This document shows, one piece after another, positions 39,359 to 49,000 of a stretch of DNA of 64,000 nt. The stretch is from a virus. A program made the position numbers and the translations under genes. The stretch is from the IMG/VR virus record IMGVR_UViG_3300049847_000198, positions 32,001-96,000 of that record, one strand, 5' to 3'. Position 1 is the first letter of the stretch, and each line of letters opens with the position of its first letter. The notes beneath the pieces were generated by a model. It saw only the letters and a program-made list of their open reading frames with translations. It was not told the DNA's origin and searched no databases.

Positions 39359-39992
39359 CGTGCTTCGCTTCTTCTTTCTTTTCGATCACCGTCGCCTCGA
39401 CAGGCTTCGGAACATTCTTGTCCATGATCCGAAGCACGCCCTGCTGTTGCAACATCTCCAGCGAGGCGATCTGCTTCAGTTCTTCTCGCGATAGATTTTT
39501 GAGCGAAACCTGGACATCATGTAAATGGTGCTGGCTGACGTTCAACTGCTTCGGAACCTTCCAGCCATTAGCGTCCAAGATCGTTTCCGTTGCCGCCAAA
39601 GCCGTGTTCGCCCATCGCGGGTCAGCCCGGTTCTGCTCGATTACAGTTCGCGTCTTCGTTCCAACCACTTCGTCGTACTCGTCGCCATCGTCTGTCTTCT
39701 TTTTTCGGGTGATCGTGTCCACGAACTTCTTGCGTGTCGGCTTCTTGCTCTCGTCGAATTCTCGCCTCGCCATCAGATAGATTTCATTCATTCGCTCTGT
39801 GTGAAAATCTCTCTGATAGTCCGCTCGCGTCGTGAACCGATCCTCGTTTTCTTTACTGACCTCTTCGCAGATCGCTTTGACTTCAACTGGAGACGAAACG
39901 TGAAAGAACTTGGCAGCCTGATTGAACGTCAAGCCGTCGATATTGACCGCTCGATGAATCGCGAACTTCTTTTCAGGGCTGATTGCTGCCAT
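39342..39992 (-). CDS. Putative terminase small subunit
   Basis: N-terminal HTH, helical core, KTRTVIEQNRADPRW motif, C-terminal LSREEL motif. Confidence 0.55.
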   Translation of the reverse strand: MAAISPEKKFAIHRAVNIDGLTFNQAAKFFHVSSPVEVKAICEEVSKENEDRFTTRADYQRDFHTERMNEIYLMARREFDESKKPTRKKFVDTITRKKKTDDGDEYDEVVGTKTRTVIEQNRADPRWANTALAATETILDANGWKVPKQLNVSQHHLHDVQVSLKNLSREELKQIASLEMLQQQGVLRIMDKNVPKPVEATVIEKKEEAKHDATPF

Positions 39993-40004
39993 TGTTCAAC
40001 GCGC

Positions 40005-40922
40005 TCAGAATGGAACGAAAGTCGAATCCTTCGGGATATTCGTGCCCTCATGGTATCCGTTCTCTGGAACTTGTGAAGACTGTTGCGGAGCCGGTTGCTG
40101 ATACTGAGGCTGTTGTTGAGGTGCCGCCTGTTGCGGCGGGAAGTATTGCTGCTGCGGTTGCTGAGGCGGCGGTTGTTGCTGCTGACTCGTTCCTCGCTGT
40201 AGTTCCTCGAATTGACCTGGAGTAAACTGCGCCTTGCATCCGCCGCTTTTGGGATAACAGTATCCACCAAAAAGACCGCTGTTTTTGGGAGTGTCGTAGG
40301 ACGACTTTCCGACAGCCTCGACTCCGCAGTACGGACAAACGAGATTCACGAACTTGCCACCGCCTCCCTGTGGTTGCTGCTGTGGTGCCTGTTGTTGCGG
40401 AGCGTTCTGCGGAGGCGGCTGATATTGAGACTGTTGCGGCTGACTCTGTGGTCGCTGAGACGGTGGCGGAGTCTGAAATCGTGGTTCGCGATTCGATTGC
40501 AGTTCGTGCGTCTCGTAGTCTGGATCGACGGCGACAGTCGGAATACAGAGCATCTGAAAAAGCGCGTATTTGTAACCGGAACTGAGACTTTTGTTGGAAC
40601 TTTTGTCCCCACTGTCCATCCCTTCACCAACAACCTGAGTCGAGACACTTGACCCGTCTTCAGCCCAGAACGTGTATTCGAGGGTCAGCAGCGTGTACGC
40701 CATCGTGCCGCCAGCCTTGGTCTGCTTCTCTTCGCGGTGCTGGCCAAGAACCTTGCATGTCGGGAACACGCGATACTTCGCAAGCAGCGGATGGATCGCC
40801 GCGTAGACTTGGTCGATGCCGCGAAACCAAAAGTTCTGGGACTCGTTCTTGCGGTCTTTGCCAATCGCGTCAATCTCGTTGAGAATGTTCGAGATCGCAC
40901 CGTAGATTTTGCCTTCACTCAT
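40005..40922 (-). CDS. ERF-family single-strand annealing protein
   Basis: IGKDRKNESQNFWFRGIDQV...GEGMDSGDKSSNKSLSSGYKYALFQMLCIPT. Confidence 0.9.
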   Translation of the reverse strand: MSEGKIYGAISNILNEIDAIGKDRKNESQNFWFRGIDQVYAAIHPLLAKYRVFPTCKVLGQHREEKQTKAGGTMAYTLLTLEYTFWAEDGSSVSTQVVGEGMDSGDKSSNKSLSSGYKYALFQMLCIPTVAVDPDYETHELQSNREPRFQTPPPSQRPQSQPQQSQYQPPPQNAPQQQAPQQQPQGGGGKFVNLVCPYCGVEAVGKSSYDTPKNSGLFGGYCYPKSGGCKAQFTPGQFEELQRGTSQQQQPPPQQPQQQYFPPQQAAPQQQPQYQQPAPQQSSQVPENGYHEGTNIPKDSTFVPF

Positions 40923-40932
40923 TTTTTCGCTC

Positions 40933-41531
40933 CTAATACTTTGGTTTGCGTTTCATTGCTTCGGCGACATCAACGATGTTCGCATCTTTCAAGAACTTCT
41001 CAGCGTCTTCTTGGACCTTGTAAAACTGATCGAACGAACCACCAGTGCAGCACAGTCCGCTCGCCGCGTGAGCGATTGCGTATACGTCTCCGACAATCTT
41101 CCTTAGCGATTTCAGCAAAGAATAACTATCAACGTCGTTCATGTCCGTCGCCAGTCCTTCGATGACCAACAACGCTCGACGCATTCGATCTTCAGCGGAC
41201 ATTTCTTTGATTGGAGTCATGGCTTCTTCTTCGTGAATCGGAACACCGCAGGTCCGGTTTCGTTGTATCCAGGCTTTTCGTAAAGGACTCCCCATCCAGC
41301 CTCTCGGTAAATGTCCTCAACGTCCAAGTAATGCTTGGAGAAAATCTCTTCTCTTGTAGCCGCTAAAGCCGAATCGTGGCCGACAATCAAAGCGATCACG
41401 TCATCTTGCTTGAATGAAGAGTCGCGACCGTCCCATCGCTCAGCGATCAGTTTGTTGAATGCGTCGATTACGAAGTCTGGCAGCGACTCACGTTTCTTTT
41501 CGACAACTTCTTCAGGAGTAATTGGTTTCAT
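40933..41531 (-). other. Two hypothetical genes (40933-41220, 41217-41531)
   Basis: ATGA-overlapping ORFs. Confidence 0.65.
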
Positions 41532-42439
41532 TACAGGATCACCACCGCTTGCGTCATCGGGTTAAACAACATCAGGTCGTCACGCAGCCTGACCAAAGAA
41601 CGATCAATCGGTTCTCGCTTCTTCAAGAACTCAAACAGATCGTCATCCACCTTGCGGTTCACAATCGGGAACCCTTCCATCGTCTTCATCTTCTCGACGG
41701 AACCATACGCCTCAAGAAGTGTTGACGCCGTCTGAAGTCCGACGCCGTGGCATCCCTTTACCCTATCCGTCGCATCTCCCGCCAGCACCTGCATGTCCAA
41801 AAACTGAGTCCATTCGCAGTTCCAGTCCGTCGCTGCGTCATCAGCCCGATAAAACTGCCACGACGGAACCCCATACTCATTCCGAACGCGACGCTGCATG
41901 TTCACTTTTCCTGGAACCATACACTGCCGCATATCTTTATCAACACACATCATCACACACTTCTTCTCACGTCGTACTGCCGCCTTAGCGATCGTCGCCA
42001 TGCAGTCGTCAGCTTCCCACGCTTGAGCGACGCAGAGTTGGAGTTTATCCTCGAAGTTCTGGTCGATCTCGTTCAACAGGCATTGATACATGCCCCAATA
42101 CTCGGCGGGAACAGCCGAACGCATCCGCTTGTAGTTTGGGTCGATGATCTTTCGTTCCGAGTCGCCTGAATCAAGACAGATAAACGCACGCTCTGGTTCA
42201 AGCCTCTCAAGCGACCAAGTGATCTCGTTCATCACCGTGTCGATTGTTTTCTCGACCGCATCGGTCGTCAGTTTTTCGTCACGCGGATATCCGAGACACT
42301 CGTGAATCTTCTGTGCGACTCCGTAGTCCGCCGCATACCACGAATCGTCCGTGTAATACTTGGAGGAGTACGAAGCCCAACACATTCGGGACAACCACGG
42401 AAGGTCACAGGCCCACCACAAAGAACTTCCTTCAGCCAT
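41531..42439 (-). CDS. 5'-3' exonuclease / flap endonuclease (PolI N-terminal, T5 D15-like)
   Basis: RKIIDPNYKRMR, WEADDCMAT, VDKDMRQ, LAGDATDRVKGCHGVGLQTA. Confidence 0.92.
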   Translation of the reverse strand: MAEGSSLWWACDLPWLSRMCWASYSSKYYTDDSWYAADYGVAQKIHECLGYPRDEKLTTDAVEKTIDTVMNEITWSLERLEPERAFICLDSGDSERKIIDPNYKRMRSAVPAEYWGMYQCLLNEIDQNFEDKLQLCVAQAWEADDCMATIAKAAVRREKKCVMMCVDKDMRQCMVPGKVNMQRRVRNEYGVPSWQFYRADDAATDWNCEWTQFLDMQVLAGDATDRVKGCHGVGLQTASTLLEAYGSVEKMKTMEGFPIVNRKVDDDLFEFLKKREPIDRSLVRLRDDLMLFNPMTQAVVIL

Positions 42440-42445
42440 GAACTG

Positions 42446-43357
42446 CTACTCCTTGCCAAGTTCTTTTTCGATCTTCTCGTCAACCGCCAAGAGCATCTCG
42501 CAACACTGACGCTCAACAAGATTTCGTAGAGCACGCAAAGCCTTCAGCTTCGACGAAAACAAATCCAATCCGCCTTGCGTCGTCGTCTTATTCGGGAACC
42601 CTTCGTTCTCGAAGTTTGTCCCGTGATAATGCGACTTTGTAAGCGACGGAAGAACCTTTCGCGTGTATTCGTTGATCGTGTAGCCGCACAAGAAATCCGA
42701 AGAGTTTTTCGGTCGAGGAACGTCTGGTGGTTCAGCCTTGGCCGTCAAATGAAACGCGGACAGAAGACGCAGTTCTTGCGTGATGTCATCGAACCGCTTC
42801 TGTTCCTTCTTGCTGATTGCCATCTTCTTTGCCTTTCGTTTCGCCAATCACGTCTTCGATCTTCACCGGCACTCCAACGGACCATCCGTTCGGCGGCGCA
42901 ACCACTTGTCCGAACGTCTGTCGATCCAAGCCTTGCTTCGGTCCCGTGAACTCAGTCACGCCTTGGCGTATCTGGTCGCCATATCGAATCTCTGGCGGCA
43001 AGCACTGCTTGATTGCGTTGCCGAGCGTCATCAAGTCCGCGAGCGAGAGTTCGTGCTCCGTTTCGCCGATCTTGACTTTGTAGTTGCCGGGACTGATTTC
43101 GATGTTCATTCGCAAATCATTTCGTATCTGGTGTTGAAAACATTCGCCTTGCACGGATAAGCCAGCAATTCGCATCCGGGTTCGATAATCACCCAGTCCC
43201 CATCCGCGAGATACACTTTCTGTCCGTGAATCGTTTCGACGTAGAACATATAGCCGTCACACTTCACGACAGGTCCGCGACTCAAGAAGGGGAGCGGCTT
43301 TCCATAGAAGAACTGCTCTGCCGCAACAGTGACTGGCTTGTTCCTGTATATCGCCAT
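42446..43357 (-). other. Three hypothetical genes (42446-42823, 42786-43109, 43106-43357)
   Basis: GAAAGGC leaders; 43106-43357 has the common phage YRNKPVTVAAEQF...GDWVI...YPCK motif. Confidence 0.65.
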
Positions 43358-43472
43358 TGCTTGCCTTTCAAAGCCTCTGCGTAGTTTTGCGGCTATTTAC
43401 TACCACGAAGGCGTCAGCCATCGGCGGCTTGCCAAAACCGCAACTCAGAGCACGCCTGAATTTCGTATCGGC

Positions 43473-43501
43473 ATTTTAATCGCGTTCTCCAAAAGAAACA
43501 A
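43473..43501 (-). promoter_or_regulatory. Sigma70-type promoter
   Basis: TTGTTT-N17-TAAAAT just downstream of the terL stop. Confidence 0.5.
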
Positions 43502-43503
43502 GC

Positions 43504-45447
43504 CTACCGTCCAGCGATCACGGATTTCCTCAGTTCCTCCGCCCAGTTCACGGAGCCGAGCGACTGAAAATCCTTGCCGAACTTTGCCTCGTACAGTTCT
43601 TCGCTGATCGTTTCTTCTTTGCCGCTCCAATACAGAACCTGAACCAGCTTGGACTGCTTGTCGCGGTACACGTCCTTCACCTCCATCGCTGGATCGAACT
43701 GTCGCACGAGGTTGTCGCCGAACTCAGGGAGTTCACGCACGGCTTGAAAAAGCAGCCATGCCGCGTCAGCACGGTCAGACGAACGTCCGATCTTTTCTTC
43801 AACGCTCTGCCGATTATCCAAAGCGACCGTAGACTTCTGTGTCGGCTTCTTGCGTTTGTCGTTCAAGCGATACTGTCCTGGCTTGCCTGTGAATACCTTC
43901 TCGTGAGCGAACAGTTCTTCCCACAACGGAGCGGCATACGAATCGTTCGGAATCAGCCACGGCGTCAGATTCATCTCAGGGTCAATCGCGTCTGCAAACT
44001 CGCCGCAAATCTCCGCACGGCGATTCATGTATTGCATCTTGTCACGCTCGGCGGCAGCGCCGAACTCCACCTTGATGACCCATGCTCCGTCCTTCTCAAG
44101 ATTGTCTGCCAAGCCCTTGCCGACCCCGGTGTAGTCGATGCCAATCGGAACCATGCCTTCGTAGATTCTGAGTCCACGCCCAAGGCATATCTCAGCGAAC
44201 GCTCCCTGCAACTCTGCCTGATTCTGAATCTTCTCAAGAACGATCTCTTTGATACCGACGTTGTCGCCAAAAACAAAACAGCTTGGGTCGCCACGCTTCG
44301 ATGCGCCAACGTCCACTCCAACCGCTCGTGCCGTAATCAGCGACTCTTTTTCGATCCACTTGTCGCCAAGAATTCGCGGCCACGCCGAACCGTAGATTTC
44401 AAACTCACTGCCTGTCTTCGGGAACCGACCATACGCTCGCCACTCCCTGTCTTTTGTTTCTTCGACGCTCTGGAAGATGTCCAGCGTCCCCTGTCCGGGA
44501 ATCAACGGCTTGATGTCTTTTGTGAACTCGTCAGGAATGAACTCGCCGGGAGCGAACTTCCTGCCACGGACATGAATCCCTTTCGGCGGCGATATTCGAT
44601 TCGATAGTCTGTTCGCCTTCACGTTGACGCAGTGCATCAACCCGATCGACTGAAGCCGTCTCGGACCCGTTGAAGAGTTCTGTGTGATGATTCCTGACTC
44701 AAACGTCTTGGCAGCGGCATATGCTCTGTAGAACCAGCCTGACGGAGCACGCGGATTCGAAATGGCGATAAAGAACCGCACCTGAGACAAGGCGTCGTTG
44801 TAGTAATTTTCTGGACAACCCGATGCCTCGTCCACGCAAATAAGCGTACAGGGGGCGTTAGTATACGAATCATAGCTGTGGTAGCCAGAAAGTCCTTCGC
44901 CAGACTCCGTGTTGACGATCTTGATGAAGTGGCTGTCCTTGCCGATCTCTTCGATACGTTCCTTCTGCACGTCTACCTGAGAGATGCCCATCTTGTACGA
45001 CGACATTCGCAGTCTCCACGTCTTCGCTTCTCCAAAAAGATTGTCGCGGACGTGCCCGTTGTTCGGTCCAATCAGGATGATCTTGCAGTTCGTGAACCTC
45101 TCGAACCAGATATTGACTATCAAGCCTCCGACCGTGAAACCTTTTCCCAACTTCGTTGCACCGCTAACGAAAAGCTGTGTGTGCCGGTTGTCAAACACCG
45201 AGCGGATTGCATCGACCTGAAAGTCATCGAGTCTGAGATCGAGGTTGTCTTTTCTTTCGAGGTGCTTGGCGAACTCAGCACGTTCTTCCATGTCCGTGAT
45301 GATGAGTTCTGGCCACTCGAATCGAATCAGCGGGAACGGGTCTCCTTCTTCAAGGAGATCGAGCATCGCTAATTCGCGAGTCGCTAGTTTGCTGCGTAGA
45401 AGGTCTGCGTCGAAAAGCTGGTACGACGGCTGTTGGTCTTGATCCAT
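43504..45447 (-). CDS. terL: Terminase large subunit
   Basis: FQVDAI, SGATKLGKG Walker A, ICVDEASG Walker B, AISNP, GVDVG nuclease, IGIDYTGVG, RSSDRADA. Confidence 0.9.
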   Translation of the reverse strand: MDQDQQPSYQLFDADLLRSKLATRELAMLDLLEEGDPFPLIRFEWPELIITDMEERAEFAKHLERKDNLDLRLDDFQVDAIRSVFDNRHTQLFVSGATKLGKGFTVGGLIVNIWFERFTNCKIILIGPNNGHVRDNLFGEAKTWRLRMSSYKMGISQVDVQKERIEEIGKDSHFIKIVNTESGEGLSGYHSYDSYTNAPCTLICVDEASGCPENYYNDALSQVRFFIAISNPRAPSGWFYRAYAAAKTFESGIITQNSSTGPRRLQSIGLMHCVNVKANRLSNRISPPKGIHVRGRKFAPGEFIPDEFTKDIKPLIPGQGTLDIFQSVEETKDREWRAYGRFPKTGSEFEIYGSAWPRILGDKWIEKESLITARAVGVDVGASKRGDPSCFVFGDNVGIKEIVLEKIQNQAELQGAFAEICLGRGLRIYEGMVPIGIDYTGVGKGLADNLEKDGAWVIKVEFGAAAERDKMQYMNRRAEICGEFADAIDPEMNLTPWLIPNDSYAAPLWEELFAHEKVFTGKPGQYRLNDKRKKPTQKSTVALDNRQSVEEKIGRSSDRADAAWLLFQAVRELPEFGDNLVRQFDPAMEVKDVYRDKQSKLVQVLYWSGKEETISEELYEAKFGKDFQSLGSVNWAEELRKSVIAGR

Positions 45448-45456
45448 TGCGCAAGA

Positions 45457-45870
45457 CTACGTTGGTTCCACTAGATTCTCAATCCGAAACGTCAGTGGAC
45501 CACACTTGCCAGTGCGTGTTTCGACAGAGTCAGACCAAGTCCAGCGAAAAAGTAGGCAGTGAGTTTCTGAACTTCCATATGCCAGATTGCCGATCAAAAC
45601 CGTGTCGTCAGGACCAAGACGCAACGTCAGCGTTCCGTTGCTTGCCACTGCGCCGTTATTGGCGTCCAAGACGTTCTGGTTCTCGCGACCATTGATGACA
45701 GTTCTTGTGTCTCTGTCGTACTGCGTGCAGACCAAAGAAATCAACGCCGCCTTAGCGATTGCATTGCCGTCCATGTCCTTAAAAACGACGACGAGATTTC
45801 CGCTCTCTCCCTCTTGGAAGACTGCGTCCTCGCCATCGCCATCTTGAAGCACCGTCGCCATCGGCTTCAC
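45457..45870 (-). CDS. BppU-like virion structural protein
   Basis: FQEGESGNLVVVFKDMDGNAI...GTLTLRLGPDDT pattern. Confidence 0.55.
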   Translation of the reverse strand: MKPMATVLQDGDGEDAVFQEGESGNLVVVFKDMDGNAIAKAALISLVCTQYDRDTRTVINGRENQNVLDANNGAVASNGTLTLRLGPDDTVLIGNLAYGSSETHCLLFRWTWSDSVETRTGKCGPLTFRIENLVEPT

Positions 45871-45892
45871 CTATGTTGATTGAAGCCAATAA

Positions 45893-46312
45893 CTACGCCA
45901 ACGTGAATACGCCGTTTGTGCCCAGAAGATTCAGAGCATTTCCATCGGTCACGGTAACATCCGCTGGCGTGGCGTCCAAAAGTGCGTAAGCAAGAACGCG
46001 CCCACCGACCTCATAAATGACAGCGAACCTCGCCACGATGGAACCACCGGAAGCGGTCCATGTGTTGTTCGTCAGGCTGACGGTAACGGTCGTTGTGCCA
46101 GACAGTCCAAGCGTCACACTCTTGCCACCTGTTGTGTAGCCATTGGCGTTCGCGTGCTCGTTCGTCAGACCGGCATACGTCGTTGATGCCGCACCAATGT
46201 TTGACGTTGAAAGAAACAGCGCACACTTCCATGTATCGCTGTCGATGTCGAAAGTTCCGTCAAGCAGTTTTGTTCTGCCTTCACTCGTGAGTGTCCACGC
46301 GCCAGCGGCCAC
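45893..46312 (-). CDS. Virion structural protein
   Basis: LLDGTFDIDSDTWKCALF...GYTTGGK...TWTASGGSIVARFAVIY...GVFTL. Confidence 0.7.
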   Translation of the reverse strand: MAAGAWTLTSEGRTKLLDGTFDIDSDTWKCALFLSTSNIGAASTTYAGLTNEHANANGYTTGGKSVTLGLSGTTTVTVSLTNNTWTASGGSIVARFAVIYEVGGRVLAYALLDATPADVTVTDGNALNLLGTNGVFTLA

Positions 46313-46323
46313 GGCATGTCTCC

Positions 46324-48513
46324 TTAAAACTTAGTAACCACCGCAGTTGCAGTGGGACGTTTCGTTGTTGCTGATGCTTTCGCTACTTTAGCGACCACTG
46401 AAGCCACGGAACCACCAACGGCGGTTGCGACTGCCTTCGGGCGGGATACTACACAATTCGCCTTGGGCGTGAATACCACAGCCGAAGCAATAGTGACGCC
46501 TTCCTCAACCAAGGCGGCAATTGCGTTCTGCATCGAGACCGTGAGCGACGTGTGACTGAAAACGCAATCCACGGGAGTCAACGCGATTGCTAATTGACCA
46601 GTCAGAGTCATCGAACTTGAGATTGGCGTGACGTTCGTTTCCGTTGTTACGGTCAAGCCGGAACCAGACACGGCCAACGATGACGATCCGGGGCTTGCGT
46701 TTGTCTCCAAAAACACGACCGGATATGCCGCTGTTGCAATCAGTGATGCCGGGGACGGAATCGCGTCAATTGGCGTCTTTACGTCCGCAGGCTGACCAGA
46801 CACGACAAGACTTGCCGCGTCTGGATGAATGACGATTGCTTCGTTCGCAATCAGCGACTGACCAGAAAGAACCAGAAAAGATGCCGATGGAGTTAAGTTG
46901 GATTCGGCAGTGACCAGTAGATTTCCGCCACTCGCAGACAACGAGACGGAACTGGGACTGATGTTCGATTCTGTCGTGACAATTAGCGACTGGCCTGAAA
47001 GAATCAGACTGCCCGCTGTTGGCGAGAGATTCTCTCCAAACGTCACCAATAGCGATTGCCCTGACGTAGCGAGGCTTTGGTTGACTGGAGTTACGTTCGT
47101 TGCAGTCGAGACAACCAGTGCTTGCGAAGAAAGAGTCAGCGAAGAAGCAGAGAAAGAGACGTTCGTGTCCGTTGTTGCCAGCAGCGATTGACCTGTGAGC
47201 GTCAGGCTTGCAGCACTTGGTGATGCGTTTTCTTCCAGAAACACCGTTGGCGACTGCCCAGAAAGCACTAGAGACACGGCGTCTGGAGTGAGCGTCAAGC
47301 CGATAGTGATTTCAAGATTCTGCCCGTTCAGCACCAAACTGCTGGATGATGGAGCAAGATTCGTTTCTGTTGTTACCAATAAATCTTGCAGAGACGCAGT
47401 CAGCGATGCCGACGCAGGGGATACATTTGATTCGGTAGTGACTAACAGTAACCGACCTGACGCAACGAGACTTACGCTAGATGGAGTTACGTTAGATTCC
47501 GTGGTAACTAAAAGAGACTGACCGGAAGTCGCCAGGGTCGCATTGCTCGGCGATATGTTCGAGTCAGTCGTGATCAGAAGCGACTGAGGCGTCGTCGCGA
47601 GAGACGCCGCAAGAGGCGTTGCGTTTGTCTCTTTTGTGACGACCAGTGATTGACCAGAAGCTGTGAGGCTTGCCAATGAAGGCGTGACGTTCGTGTCTTT
47701 TGTGACAAGCAGCGACTGTCCGCTAGTAATCAGAGACCCAGATGTTGGTGTCACGTCAGTCGGTACAGAAGACGGAACAGGCCGCAACGCAACCGCCGCG
47801 ATGGCCCAGACCATGCCCATATCGAGTCCGGTCCAACTCATCGTCACGGCACCAGCCGGAGTTTTCTGGCCCTCGGTTGATGAGCACGCTGAACCTGACA
47901 CACCCGTGATATTACTACGCTCAGTCTGCCCGGCACCGACAGCGACAATCATGTCTGTCGTGGATAGGCAATCGACAACGAAATCGCCATCAACCGTCGT
48001 CGTGACATCGACCGTCGCGTCATCCGAACCCATCCCACCGCCACCGCTGTTTGAACTGAACGCCTCGGACGAGGTCGATTGATCGACGTTCGTAAAACTG
48101 TTGGCAGTTGCCGCCGAGTCGATGCTCCCAGACAGCGTGACCGTGCAAGATTTCGTGCCACTGTTCGGGGCGACGAGTCCCCACAATTCCGAACGGCAGA
48201 TTCCGTTCGTGACTGTTCCAAGTGATGTAAAAGACTGCCCATCTCGCGTGATGCTGCTCACGCTCCCTCCGACACTCATGATTCCGACAGAGATGACGAG
48301 GTATCTGTTGCTGCCAGAACAGGTCACGTTCCAGGAATAGCTCGACTGGAAAATCTGAGCACCGGAGTTTGATGTCTGGTCCCAGACGACCGTTGTCGGT
48401 GCCGCCGCTGGCATGAGTACCGCAACGCCAGGGGGCTTAGCGACACGATCCCAGCGTTGCCAAAGTCTCTGCCTTGGAAATACTCGCGTCAGCCTGTGGA
48501 ACAAACCCGGCAT
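46324..48513 (-). CDS. Ser/Thr-rich fibre/decoration protein with about 18 tandem 22-aa repeats
   Basis: N-terminal beta domain followed by repeats resembling NVTPSSASLTLSGQSLLVTTET. Confidence 0.75.
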   Translation of the reverse strand: MPGLFHRLTRVFPRQRLWQRWDRVAKPPGVAVLMPAAAPTTVVWDQTSNSGAQIFQSSYSWNVTCSGSNRYLVISVGIMSVGGSVSSITRDGQSFTSLGTVTNGICRSELWGLVAPNSGTKSCTVTLSGSIDSAATANSFTNVDQSTSSEAFSSNSGGGGMGSDDATVDVTTTVDGDFVVDCLSTTDMIVAVGAGQTERSNITGVSGSACSSTEGQKTPAGAVTMSWTGLDMGMVWAIAAVALRPVPSSVPTDVTPTSGSLITSGQSLLVTKDTNVTPSLASLTASGQSLVVTKETNATPLAASLATTPQSLLITTDSNISPSNATLATSGQSLLVTTESNVTPSSVSLVASGRLLLVTTESNVSPASASLTASLQDLLVTTETNLAPSSSSLVLNGQNLEITIGLTLTPDAVSLVLSGQSPTVFLEENASPSAASLTLTGQSLLATTDTNVSFSASSLTLSSQALVVSTATNVTPVNQSLATSGQSLLVTFGENLSPTAGSLILSGQSLIVTTESNISPSSVSLSASGGNLLVTAESNLTPSASFLVLSGQSLIANEAIVIHPDAASLVVSGQPADVKTPIDAIPSPASLIATAAYPVVFLETNASPGSSSLAVSGSGLTVTTETNVTPISSSMTLTGQLAIALTPVDCVFSHTSLTVSMQNAIAALVEEGVTIASAVVFTPKANCVVSRPKAVATAVGGSVASVVAKVAKASATTKRPTATAVVTKF

Positions 48514-48516
48514 TGA

Positions 48517-48996
48517 TTATCCACGTTCCTGGAAGTTGAGTTGAACACAGAGGTCGGCAGACGTGATCGTGTTGACTAATCTCAATCCCCATGTGTCACC
48601 CGGAGCAATCGTTTGTCTCTCTTCTGGCGTCGGCTGGTACGCCCATCCTGACAATGACGGGAAACCCTGTAGTCCGTCAGCGTCAACAATCGCCCCGCCC
48701 TGAGCGATAGCCCCGTATGTCGGCTCAGAGGCTGTGACATTCGCTTTGACTGTTGATGCCGCAGCTTGATCGCCTTTCTCAGCTTTAGTCGGTGTGATCG
48801 TCGTTGCGGTCGGCGTTCCCAGAGTAGTGACACGCTGCAAGCAACAAAGAAGCTGCTCGTTCGTTTCGTTAGATTCATTTGTGACATAGCACGAAAGAAT
48901 GTCAACGACGATCGTTGATGGAACAGTGATGTAGAGCAGGGTTTTTCCAGTCGTCACGCCTGCAATTCGATAATTCGCGCCGTAAACGCCACGCAT
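48517..48996 (-). CDS. Virion structural protein
   Basis: 159 aa, beta-rich, located between fibre genes. Confidence 0.6.
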   Translation of the reverse strand: MRGVYGANYRIAGVTTGKTLLYITVPSTIVVDILSCYVTNESNETNEQLLCCLQRVTTLGTPTATTITPTKAEKGDQAAASTVKANVTASEPTYGAIAQGGAIVDADGLQGFPSLSGWAYQPTPEERQTIAPGDTWGLRLVNTITSADLCVQLNFQERG

Positions 48997-49000
48997 GATA

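Noticed and set aside
43744-44607. Long antisense ORFs (e.g. 43744-44607, 59751-60758, 11491-12258, 50490-51182)
   Set aside because: They are shadows of well-supported genes on the opposite strand and have no recognisable motifs.
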